Positions 16,632 through 24,895 of a stretch of DNA of 64,000 bases are shown piece after piece; the stretch's first letter is position 1, and every line of letters starts with the position of its first letter. Source of the DNA: Planctomycetota bacterium (GTDB lineage: Bacteria; Planctomycetota; Phycisphaerae; Phycisphaerales; UBA1924). The translations under genes were made by a program, and so were the position numbers. The notes under the pieces are model-generated. The model was not told where the DNA came from. It saw nothing but the letters and a program-made list of their open reading frames with translations, and ran no database searches. The stretch lies in the NCBI GenBank assembly GCA_024275365.1, contig JAJRZG010000157.1:18-64017 (forward strand), read 5' to 3'.

Positions 16632-18023
16632 ATGAGCATCAACTTTCTTGAAGAACTGCGGTGGCGGGGCTTGCTCCACCAAGTGACCGACGAAGAGGGG
16701 ATCGCTGCACACCTGGGCGATCCTGCGGCGAGTGGGCGGCGGGCGTATGCAGGGTTTGACCCGACGGCTGACAGCCTGACGATCGGGAACCTGGTGCCGA
16801 TCATGGTGCTGGTGCATTTTGCCCGGGCGGGGCATGAGCCGATCGTGCTGATGGGGGGCGGGACGGGGCTCATCGGCGACCCCTCGGGCAAGAGCGACGA
16901 GCGGACGCTGATGACGACCGAAACCGTCGAGACGAATGTGGCAAGCCAACGGCGGATCTTTGAGGCGGTCTTTGCGGGGGCGGGGCTGGGGTCGCCGACG
17001 ATCGTGAACAACGCGGACTGGCTCTGCGGGCTGAGCTACATCGAGGCACTCCGCGATATCGGTAAGCACTTCAGCATCAACATGATGATCCAGAAGGAAT
17101 CGGTCAAGGAGCGGCTGCACAACCGCGAGCAGGGGATCAGCTATACCGAGTTCAGCTACATGATCTTGCAGGCGTATGACTTTGCGCACCTGTATCGGGA
17201 GCAAGGAGTGACGGTGCAACTGGGGGGGAGTGACCAGTGGGGCAACATCGTCGCGGGATTGGAATTGATTCGAAGGTCAACAGAGAAACGCAGTGCAGAT
17301 AAGTCCGCACATCGAGCTGGTTTTGCCTCAAAAGACGATCGCCTCGAAAAGACCGGTATGGCATCTGGTGGAGTGTGGCGGGTCGAGTACGAGGCTTACG
17401 GCCTCACATGCCCGCTGGTGACCAAGGCCGACGGCGGCAAGTTTGGCAAAACCGAAACCGGCGCGATCTGGCTGACGCGGGAGCGGACGAGCCCGTATGC
17501 GATGTACCAGTTCTGGTTGAATGTGGCGGATGAGGATGTGGTGAAGTTTTTGAAGCTCTTCACGCTGCTGGGGCGGGAGGAGATCGAGGCCCTGGCTACG
17601 ACCCACGCCGAGAAGCCGGGGGCGCGGGAGGCACACCGGGCGCTGGCCCACCACGCGACCGCCCTGCTGCACGGCGAGGATGAAGCGGTCGCTGCGGCCA
17701 ATGCGGCAAAAGCCCTGTTTTCGGGGGCGGTCGCGGAGTTGCCGAAGGAACTGCTCGAAGAGGTACTGGCGGAGGTGCCTTCGAGCGAGCACGCCAGAAG
17801 CGGGCTCGAAGGCGAAGGGGCGGCGGTACTCGACCTCTTGCTCGACACCAAGCTCGCCAAGAGCAAACGCGAGGCCCGCGAGTTCCTCACCAACGGCAGC
17901 GTGAGTGTCAACGGGCGAAAGGTCGGTCTTGACGATCGGCTCACGACGACTGACCTGCTGCACGGCGAGATGATCGCGCTGCGGCGGGGGAAGAAGGCGT
18001 GGCATGTGACGCGGTGGAGTTAG
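16632..18023 (+). CDS. tyrS: tyrosine--tRNA ligase (type 1, S4-like C-terminal domain)
   Basis: GFDPTADSLTIGNL (HIGH region), GGSDQWGN, KFGKTE (KMSKS), C-terminal S4-like domain. Confidence 0.92.
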   Translation: MSINFLEELRWRGLLHQVTDEEGIAAHLGDPAASGRRAYAGFDPTADSLTIGNLVPIMVLVHFARAGHEPIVLMGGGTGLIGDPSGKSDERTLMTTETVETNVASQRRIFEAVFAGAGLGSPTIVNNADWLCGLSYIEALRDIGKHFSINMMIQKESVKERLHNREQGISYTEFSYMILQAYDFAHLYREQGVTVQLGGSDQWGNIVAGLELIRRSTEKRSADKSAHRAGFASKDDRLEKTGMASGGVWRVEYEAYGLTCPLVTKADGGKFGKTETGAIWLTRERTSPYAMYQFWLNVADEDVVKFLKLFTLLGREEIEALATTHAEKPGAREAHRALAHHATALLHGEDEAVAAANAAKALFSGAVAELPKELLEEVLAEVPSSEHARSGLEGEGAAVLDLLLDTKLAKSKREAREFLTNGSVSVNGRKVGLDDRLTTTDLLHGEMIALRRGKKAWHVTRWS

Positions 18024-18028
18024 GAAAC

Positions 18029-18415
18029 TCAGTCCTGCAGTTGGTGAGGCTGTCGCCGCCATTCTGTTATGGCGAAAGCACATAGCCCTCCAGCGACACC
18101 GATGCAAAGCCCTAACACCACGCCCATAACCAGATCCCCCGCCAGATTCCGGGCGGCGCCGCTGCCCTCTAACGCGGCGATCGTGGCAAACAACCCCATG
18201 AGCAACGGCCCGATGATCACTCCGCCGAGAACACACTTTCTCGCCCGCTTCCACTGAACAGGTGTGATGTCGTCAGTGAGCTTCATATCAATGCTCCAAT
18301 GCGCTGCATCGTATCCGAAGATTGCCATTGCATACCAATCCTGCTGATACTCTACCACACAATACGGGGAACACAAAATCCTGCGGGATGACTCTTTCTT
18401 CTCCTTCTCTTCCAT
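18029..18415 (-). CDS. small membrane protein (hypothetical)
   Basis: Start chosen at MEEKEKKESS. Two C-terminal TM helices (VLGGVIIGPLLMGLFATIAAL, LVMGVVLGLCIGVAGGLCAFAI). Confidence 0.45.
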   Translation of the reverse strand: MEEKEKKESSRRILCSPYCVVEYQQDWYAMAIFGYDAAHWSIDMKLTDDITPVQWKRARKCVLGGVIIGPLLMGLFATIAALEGSGAARNLAGDLVMGVVLGLCIGVAGGLCAFAITEWRRQPHQLQD

Positions 18416-18602
18416 GCCTCGGATTGTCGATCGTCCTTCGCCCCTGCTGGAGTGCAAGAGGGAAAACACCGCACGAGCGAGAACCCCGTACGCCAAGACG
18501 AAAGAGGATAACTCGCAGATCCTTTGGAGAATCCGTATTCGGGGACGATGCAGTACTTGGTCCAACGGGTGTATTGAGCATTGGAGGGGTAGAGAGACGG
18601 AG

Positions 18603-18626
18603 TCGTCCCGGAGGGACGAAGTACCC
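18603..18626. repeat. repeat family B copy
   Basis: TCGTCCCGGAGGGACGAAGTACCC. Confidence 0.75.
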
Positions 18627-18667
18627 GGGAACCGCCCCGGGGGGGGCCGGGTAGGTTGCGGGGTGGC

Positions 18668-18724
18668 GCACCTCCCCCGGCCATCGCTTCACTTGGCCAC
18701 CCCCTCCGCGAGGCTGAGGGGGAT
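18668..18724 (+). repeat. repeat family A, third copy
   Basis: GCACCTCCCCCGGCCATCGCTTCACTTGGCCACCCCCTCCGCGAGGCTGAGGGGGAT. Same orientation as 5514..5633. Confidence 0.8.
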
Positions 18725-18750
18725 CGAAACCCTCGCTTGCGCGAGGGGCT

Positions 18751-20619
18751 CTACTGGTTGTGGGGACGCCCAAAATGTGAAACTTGTGTGATCCAGAAGC
18801 GGTCGTTGTGCCAGAGGACTTTGCCCAGGCCGAGGTCGGCTTCGGTGACGAGATACACCGCCTCGGGCTCGGGGCTTGTGCCAAACTCAGCAAAGATCGC
18901 GTCGAGATTGGCCCGCAGGGCAGCGTGATAGTTGTCGCGGGCGGTGGTGTATTCCGCAAAGAGCGAGGCGGTGAGGGGGTGATTGCTCTGCGTGGGGTTC
19001 GCCTGGGTGTTGGCGATGGTGGCAGCCTCCCAGAGCTCCCAGTTGCACGGGCGGCTGAGGGCGACGAGGTCCATACGGCGGTCCCAGTCGAGTACGCGGT
19101 CGTCAGCGTAGAACGCCAAGCCCCCGTCTTTGCCCTCGCCGAAGGTTGTGCGGAGCGACTCGAGCCGCCAGCCGGTGAGGTAGGGGGGGGTGATGAAGAG
19201 GGTGTCGGCGGAGGTGTTGTGGCGGGCCCAGGTCTGGGCCTCTCGCCAGGCGGGGTCGGCGTGGGTGTCGAGCCAACGGGCGGGAGGAATGCCCAGAAGG
19301 GCGAGGATGGTCAGCGGGAGAATCGCTGCCAGGACGGGAAGGGGGCTCGGGGTGGGCTGCGAGGCGGGGGGCTCGGTTTTTTTGGGGCTGGGGCGGGCGA
19401 GGATGGCGAGGGCGACAAAGCCGAGCCCGACAGCAGCAAGGGGAACGGGCATCTCGGCAAAGGGCCACCAGGCGAGGGCGAGTAGGACAAAAGCCGTGAT
19501 GGCGGTGCTCAGGCTGCCTGTGTGGTGGCGGGCCCAGATGGCGATGAGGAGGATCGCTCCGACCTGAGGCAAGAGGAAGCCGCGACCGACCATGAGCCGC
19601 CAGAGGAGGGGTTCGTCGAGGCCGAGGGCGTGGAGGGCGGTGCCGCCGAGGGGAAAGGCGAGGGAGGCGAGGGTCCAGATCAGAGCCCGAAGCGCAAGCG
19701 AGGAGCCCGCGTGACAAAAACCGGAAGGCACCCCCTCCCCAGCCCTCCCCCGCGGGGCGCGGGGGAGGGAGCCGGAACGAAGGCAAGAGAGGAAAGAGGA
19801 GGAAAGAGGACAAGAGGAGAAGGAACGGAGCGCTGCGAGGAGTCCGAGGAGGAGGAGGACACCGACAGCTGCCCAGGACTTTGGGGCGGCAGCGAGCGGG
19901 TCGATGAGGGCTGCGAAGAGATCATCGCCCGCAGCCCGGCAGAGATCGCGGGTCTCTGGTGGAAGGCGGAGGGCGAAGAGGGCCAGCAGCACCGAACCCA
20001 GCCCGATGGCCCCCACTATCACCGAGACCGGCCGCCAGCGGGGGGTGTGGATCGCAAGCAGCGTCACGGCTGTCCACCATGTGACGAGAAGGGCAGCCCC
20101 CGTCTGGGCGTGGATGGGAACAGCAAGGGTTGCGAGCAGCAAGGCCCAAAAGGGACGGCCCCGGACCCAGGCAAGCAGCGAACCGAAGACAAGGGGGAGG
20201 ACGCCCATCGTGGCGGTGAGCTCGTAGTCACAGAAGCCGACGAGACCGAACCAGTTGCGCTCTTTGGGGACAACCAGGAGGAGGGCGGGGAGGAAGGACC
20301 AGAGGCCGCTGCCGAGAAGGACCTTCCCGAGGCGGCGGAGGAGCTCGACATTGAGGAGGGTGATAGCGAGGGTGATGGTGAGGATGATGGCGGGGCGGTT
20401 TGCTTCTGTAGAGAGCCAGGTGATTGGGTACCAGAAGAGGCTGCCGAGGGAGGTGAAAACGGGGGGGTAGAGGTCGCGGGGAAAGGCATCGGGGTTTTCG
20501 ATGGCGAGCACCTGGACGAGGTATTGGGCCTGGTCGTCTGTGCCAAAGGAGTAGGAGCCGATGAGGATCGCGCCGAGAGCGATCAATGGGACCAGCAGGA
20601 TGGTGCACGCTCTCTCCAT
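18751..20619 (-). CDS. large polytopic membrane protein with C-terminal soluble domain (possible GT-C-like glycosyltransferase; unassigned)
   Basis: 622-aa ORF with more than 10 hydrophobic helices and a ~170-aa hydrophilic C-terminal domain. It carries an in-frame repeat-derived segment at 19681-19830. Confidence 0.6.
   Translation of the reverse strand: MERACTILLVPLIALGAILIGSYSFGTDDQAQYLVQVLAIENPDAFPRDLYPPVFTSLGSLFWYPITWLSTEANRPAIILTITLAITLLNVELLRRLGKVLLGSGLWSFLPALLLVVPKERNWFGLVGFCDYELTATMGVLPLVFGSLLAWVRGRPFWALLLATLAVPIHAQTGAALLVTWWTAVTLLAIHTPRWRPVSVIVGAIGLGSVLLALFALRLPPETRDLCRAAGDDLFAALIDPLAAAPKSWAAVGVLLLLGLLAALRSFSSCPLSSSFLSCLRSGSLPRAPRGRAGEGVPSGFCHAGSSLALRALIWTLASLAFPLGGTALHALGLDEPLLWRLMVGRGFLLPQVGAILLIAIWARHHTGSLSTAITAFVLLALAWWPFAEMPVPLAAVGLGFVALAILARPSPKKTEPPASQPTPSPLPVLAAILPLTILALLGIPPARWLDTHADPAWREAQTWARHNTSADTLFITPPYLTGWRLESLRTTFGEGKDGGLAFYADDRVLDWDRRMDLVALSRPCNWELWEAATIANTQANPTQSNHPLTASLFAEYTTARDNYHAALRANLDAIFAEFGTSPEPEAVYLVTEADLGLGKVLWHNDRFWITQVSHFGRPHNQ
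19681..19830. repeat. composite palindromic-repeat segment embedded in frame in the 18751..20619 CDS
   Basis: GAGCCCGAAGCGCAAGCGAGGAGCCC (family C-like) plus CCCTCCCCCGCGGGGCGCGGGGGAGGG (family A-like hairpin) plus purine-rich GAGAGGAAAGAGGAGGAAAGAGGACAAGAGGAGAAGGA. Encodes ...SCPLSSSFLSCLRSGSLPRAPRGRAGEGVPSGFCHAGSSLALRAL... Confidence 0.6.
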
Positions 20620-20697
20620 GAGGGGCGAGGATAGGAGGGAGTTGGAGTCTGGATTGCCCTGAGCGACAGCAAGTGAAATGTCCGCCTACTGACAAAG

Positions 20698-20726
20698 ACA
20701 GGCGGGCGAGATACCCACCCCACTGG
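20698..20726. repeat. repeat family D copy
   Basis: ACAGGCGGGCGAGATACCCACCCCACTGG, intergenic. Confidence 0.7.
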
Positions 20727-20742
20727 TCTCGTCAGTCGTTTT

Positions 20743-22254
20743 TCAGGCTGCGGTAGACTTTGGTTGGAAGACTCGCATATTCCCGCTGCCGGCATCTTGG
20801 GCTGCCTTGATTGCTTTAGAACTTGCGATGACGAGCTTTGCGGGTTGTGTGAAGATGTGCCTGGTGTCGCTTTCGAGTGCTGCGATGCCGATGCTGGCGA
20901 AGATCCGCAGCGGTTTGTCGGTGGCTGGAGCGGTCCAGACTTTGGCAGCGAGGGCAAGGTCTTTGGCGAACTGCTCTGCGAGGTTTGTTGCAAAGAGGCG
21001 ACCCATGCCCGAGAGAACGATGGCGAAGGTGTTTGGGGCTGCCCGGCAGATGACACCGCCGTGGCCCTCGAAGACTTGCTTGAGGAGTCCTGCCACACCC
21101 ATTGCCGCCTCGACATCGGCAGCGTCGCCGTGCTCGGTATTGAGGGAATCAAAGTTGTCGATGACGACCTGGACGATCGCGAGCTTTTCATCGTTTTCTG
21201 TGGCGAGTCGGAAGCCTTCACGGATTGCGATATCCAAACCTCGGGGTCCGAGTGTCCCGGTGAGGGAGTCGGAGTCGCTGCCTTGGAGGACGGAACCCTC
21301 CTGGGTGTGCGACATGACGCTGGTATCGCTTGGAGATTCTTTGATGATTGCAAGTGATCGCTTGGCAGCTTCGGCGAGGATTGCGTTGGCATCGGTGTAG
21401 GGCCCGATGTCAAGATTGAAGAGCGAACCCATTTCTCGGGCGGCTTCGGATGCTTTCTCGACGATTTCATCTACGGCTGAGGGGGTAATGTCGTACCAGG
21501 ACTTGGCTTTTTCATAGAGGCTTTGGAGCGGTGCCGAGGGTTCTTCATCTGTGAGGATATCGTGTACGAAGTTTCCAAGCCCGACGCACCGGACATGGTC
21601 GGCGCAGGATGATGGGGTCGCGGTCGGGCGTTCGTGGTATTTGACCTGCATGGAGAGCTCTTCGGGGAGCTTCCACCTCTGGACGAGCATCGCACCGACA
21701 TCTGGGTGCTGAAGGTCGAGGAGTTGGAGTTCCTGCTTGACGAGCCCCCGGTGGTTGTTGTCTGTGTTCTTGAGTACCTCGAGGTATTGCTCGCCGAGAG
21801 CACGGTACATGGCGATCATGCCGATGTCCTGGAGCAGGCCACCGAGGAAGACCTCGTCTCCGAACTCAAAGCCCACATGCTCGGCGGTGATCTTTCCTGC
21901 GATGCCCGAGTAGAGCCCTCGTCGCCAATAGGCCATGTAGTCGAACTGCCCGGCTTCTGCTGGATCATCAATACTTGAGACAAGCGAGAAGCCCAGGGCA
22001 AGGCTTTTGACGGGTGAGAGACCGAGCATGACGAGTGCTTTGTCGATGGTACCACAGCGTTTGCGGAGGCCGTAGAAGCTGGAGTTGACGGTTTTGAGGA
22101 TTTTGACTGAGAGCCCCTGGTCGTTCTCGATGGTGCGAGAGAGCTCTTTGAGTGAGACATCGACATCGGATGTGAGTTCGATAACCCTGAGAGCTACCGC
22201 AGGCAATGAGGGCAGGTCGGAGCAAGCCAGAATCTTGTTGAGTATCGGGTTCAT
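20743..22254 (-). CDS. HDOD-domain signalling protein with degenerate GGDEF-like C-terminal domain
   Basis: N-terminal LPSLPAVALRVIELTSDVDVSLKELSRTIENDQGLSVKILKTVNSSFYGL (HDOD). The C-terminal domain has the GGDEF fold pattern (VVIDNFDSLNTEHGDAA...RIFASIGIAAL) but reads AAPNTF where GGDEF is expected. Confidence 0.75.
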   Translation of the reverse strand: MNPILNKILACSDLPSLPAVALRVIELTSDVDVSLKELSRTIENDQGLSVKILKTVNSSFYGLRKRCGTIDKALVMLGLSPVKSLALGFSLVSSIDDPAEAGQFDYMAYWRRGLYSGIAGKITAEHVGFEFGDEVFLGGLLQDIGMIAMYRALGEQYLEVLKNTDNNHRGLVKQELQLLDLQHPDVGAMLVQRWKLPEELSMQVKYHERPTATPSSCADHVRCVGLGNFVHDILTDEEPSAPLQSLYEKAKSWYDITPSAVDEIVEKASEAAREMGSLFNLDIGPYTDANAILAEAAKRSLAIIKESPSDTSVMSHTQEGSVLQGSDSDSLTGTLGPRGLDIAIREGFRLATENDEKLAIVQVVIDNFDSLNTEHGDAADVEAAMGVAGLLKQVFEGHGGVICRAAPNTFAIVLSGMGRLFATNLAEQFAKDLALAAKVWTAPATDKPLRIFASIGIAALESDTRHIFTQPAKLVIASSKAIKAAQDAGSGNMRVFQPKSTAA

Positions 22255-22435
22255 CCGTGACCCTGTGTGCGATTGTGTTCACGGTGCAACTCTGTGTAGC
22301 ACGCAGGACTTCTATCGACAGACTGCAAACACAAGCCAAGTCATGCCTTGGAGAAAGCGGTTGAACCTGGCAGGAAATGGGGGAATGTGGTTGACCCCCT
22401 CATCCGATAACCAATCTTTTTCCTGCGTTGTCTGG

Positions 22436-23224
22436 TTATGTCACCAGTCCACTGGGGCCGAAGACGGGGTTGGCGCTTGGGAGGTCTCGATCCAGGACAT
22501 GCCGGATGTAGGAGCCGAGGAGGCGGGAGGCACGCTCGATTGTGACGCGCTGGGCATCGGGGGGTATGGCTCCTGTCTGGGCGATGTGTCTGAGAAGATC
22601 AACGGTTTCTAGTCGGACACGCCAGCCGTCATGGTTGCCCGTGGTGTCGCGCTGGACAAAGAGCCCTCTTTGAGGAAGGAAGCTGACCGTGGTATTTTGA
22701 GCGGTTGGGGTTGCTGTGGATTCGAGTGCGGGGGTGTACCCGGTTTCGGAAAGGACCCCCCACTGTCCGAGGAGGAGGGCGTGCTCGGGGTGGTCGCTGA
22801 GGCTGTCGAGAACGCTGGCCATGCAGTTGAACAAGCCTGGGTGGGGATCGGCATCGGTGATGGCGTGGTGGACGAGGTCCATCAGGTAGGAGCCGACATA
22901 AAACGCCCGGAGTGATCGGCGGAGACCGGTGTATGGGTGGGTGAGGTTCCAGGCAGTGATGGTGGCCAGTGCGCCTGAGGAGCGGACGATGACGACGAGT
23001 TCGCCTTGTGTGATGAGTTCGATCCCGCCGGAGAAAGGGGCTTTTTCTCGCTTTGATCCTTTGGCGAGGCCTCGGATGATGCCGTGGGTGTGGGTGAAGA
23101 GGGAGACCGTCTGGCTGGTCTCTGACCAGTCCCAATGGCGGATGCAGATGGCTTGGTCGCGGATGGTTGTGGGCACAGCCTGTGAGGGTATCGTCTCTGG
23201 GTTGGCTATTGTCTTGTCATGCAC
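22436..23224 (-). CDS. recO: DNA repair protein RecO
   Basis: ICIRHWDWSETSQTVSLFTHTHGIIRGLAKGSKREKAPFSGGIELITQGELVV (OB-fold N-domain). The GTG start at 23224 overlaps the divergent ATG 23219. An internal GTG at about 23176 is an alternative. Confidence 0.85.
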   Translation of the reverse strand: MHDKTIANPETIPSQAVPTTIRDQAICIRHWDWSETSQTVSLFTHTHGIIRGLAKGSKREKAPFSGGIELITQGELVVIVRSSGALATITAWNLTHPYTGLRRSLRAFYVGSYLMDLVHHAITDADPHPGLFNCMASVLDSLSDHPEHALLLGQWGVLSETGYTPALESTATPTAQNTTVSFLPQRGLFVQRDTTGNHDGWRVRLETVDLLRHIAQTGAIPPDAQRVTIERASRLLGSYIRHVLDRDLPSANPVFGPSGLVT

Positions 23225-23662
23225 TTTGACCTTGTGGATCGGGTTGTGAAGGCCTCGGCTGAGGGGGCGGTGACGCTCAAGGCGGTGTCATTGGCAGAAG
23301 AATATCTGCAGGACCACTTTCCGACTTATCCAGTGCTTCCCGGTGTGCTGATGCTCGAGGCGATGGTGCAGGCTGGGCGCGTGGTTGCTGCGCAGCGTGG
23401 GGAGCAGATGCCGGTGGTTCTTGGGGAGGTTCGGGCGCTGAAATACAACCGCTTTGTGCCGCCGGGGAGCTTGATTCGGGCGATTGTGACGCTCGGCAAG
23501 GCTGGTGAGGATGGTGTGCTGGACTTTCGGGGGCGGGTCGAGTTGGTCGATCCGACCCGTCCTGATGATGTTGAGACCGCGGCTTCTGGTCGGTTTACGC
23601 TGAGGCCGATCAGGCTTGAGAGCCGATCGGCTGGGGTGGGCATCGCGGCTCCGGTGGCGTAG
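23219..23662 (+). CDS. FabZ/FabA-like hotdog-fold dehydratase
   Basis: LQDHFPTYPVLPGVLMLEAMVQ retains the FabZ catalytic His (HFP) and Glu (LEAM). Confidence 0.7.
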   Translation: MHFDLVDRVVKASAEGAVTLKAVSLAEEYLQDHFPTYPVLPGVLMLEAMVQAGRVVAAQRGEQMPVVLGEVRALKYNRFVPPGSLIRAIVTLGKAGEDGVLDFRGRVELVDPTRPDDVETAASGRFTLRPIRLESRSAGVGIAAPVA

Positions 23663-23722
23663 CATGGCGGCCTAGGCCGGGGCGTTGCCCTTGCGGTTCC
23701 AGTTCTGACAGGGGTGCGATCT

Positions 23723-24106
23723 ATGAACAGAGACGAAATCTTTGCAAAAATCCAGGGCGTGCTTGTTGAGGCTTTGGGTGTCGATGACGACGAGGTGACG
23801 CTCGAGGCTTCACTTGCTGGCGACCTTGGGGCCGAGTCGATCGACTTCCTTGATATTGTGTTCCAGCTTGAGCAGGCGTTTGGGTTTCAGATCGGGCAGG
23901 GGGAGCTGTTCCCCGAAAATGTCACGCAGGACCCCGACTTTGTGCAGGACGGGCTGGTGACTGCCAAGGGGTTGGTGATGCTCAAGGAGAGGCTGCCACA
24001 CATTGATTTTTCGGCTCTTGAGGCTGACCCGCAGATCACGAGGGTCGCGCAGGTCTTTACGGTTGATGCGTTAGTGAACTTCTGCGAGCGGAAGCTGGCG
24101 GGGTGA
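23723..24106 (+). CDS. acyl carrier protein with about 50-aa C-terminal extension
   Basis: LAGDLGAESIDFLDIVFQLEQAFGFQI, an ACP helix II motif with the phosphopantetheine Ser. 127 aa from ATG 23723. Confidence 0.75.
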   Translation: MNRDEIFAKIQGVLVEALGVDDDEVTLEASLAGDLGAESIDFLDIVFQLEQAFGFQIGQGELFPENVTQDPDFVQDGLVTAKGLVMLKERLPHIDFSALEADPQITRVAQVFTVDALVNFCERKLAG

Positions 24107-24134
24107 GGCGTTTAGGGGGTCGGGGGTTTGCACC

Positions 24135-24671
24135 ATGCGGTGGATGTGGATCGATCGGGTGGTGGAGCTGGTCGCGGGTGAGCGGCTTGTTGCTGTGAAG
24201 AATGTCTCTCTTGCTGAGGACTACCTGCACGAGCACTTTGCTGAGGTGCGGGATGAGGCGGGCGTTGTGGTGCGGACTGCATTGCCGGTGATGCCGGGGG
24301 CTTTGATTCTTGAGGGGATGGCGCAGGCTGCGGGCATTCTTGTCGGGCACGCTGAGGGATTTGCTGAGAAGGTGATTCTTGCCAAGGTCACGCGGGCCCG
24401 GCTCGACCGTGAGGCTTTGCCGGGGATGACGCTTCGGTATACGGCTGAGCTTGTGCAGCAGAGCCCGCAGGGAGCTTCAACCAAGGGGCGTGTTGAGCTC
24501 TTTGACCACGGGGATGCTGATGCGGGGTGGGTTGAGATCGGGCAGATCGATCTGATCTTTAGCCACCTGGACCAGAATATGGCGGGGGCTGAGTTTCCGG
24601 AGCACAACTTTGTGTTTAGTGAGTCGTTTCGGACTCTGCTTCGGACGAGTGGGATTGCGTGTGATTTTTAG
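24135..24671 (+). CDS. FabZ/FabA-like hotdog-fold dehydratase, second copy with insertion
   Basis: LHEHFAEVRDEAGVVVRTALPVMPGALILEGMAQAAGILVG. The His and Glu are retained, and there is a ~10-aa insertion between the HF and PG motifs. Confidence 0.65.
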   Translation: MRWMWIDRVVELVAGERLVAVKNVSLAEDYLHEHFAEVRDEAGVVVRTALPVMPGALILEGMAQAAGILVGHAEGFAEKVILAKVTRARLDREALPGMTLRYTAELVQQSPQGASTKGRVELFDHGDADAGWVEIGQIDLIFSHLDQNMAGAEFPEHNFVFSESFRTLLRTSGIACDF

Positions 24672-24778
24672 GGTTTTACAGTTAGTACAAGATACGGATT
24701 GTGGAGGCAGAGTGTGTGTCTTTTCGGATTCTGTGCGTGGGCGCAGGGGATGGGCTTTGCGACGGTGATGCGTGTTGT

Positions 24779-24848
24779 GACCCGAGCTTGCGCTCGGGGC
24801 TCTTAGAGGATAAAAGACACCCGAGCTTGCGCTCGGGGCTCGTAGAGG
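24779..24848 (+). repeat. two tandem copies of palindromic repeat family C (ACCCGAGCTTGCGCTCGGGGCTC)
   Basis: Copies at 24779-24809 and 24818-24848, with a CCCGAGC-ttgc-GCTCGGG hairpin. Further copies at 29161..29190 and 28985..29075. Confidence 0.8.
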
Positions 24849-24895
24849 CAACTTTGCGGGTCCGCCTTGGTGTCCGATAAACTGGTGTTGACGCG

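Noticed and set aside
23176-23224. Overlapping divergent start codons of recO (GTG 23224) and the FabZ-like gene (ATG 23219) as a regulatory oddity
   Set aside because: This is most simply explained by an over-extended recO start. An in-frame GTG at about 23176 gives a normal RecO N-terminus and a short divergent spacer.
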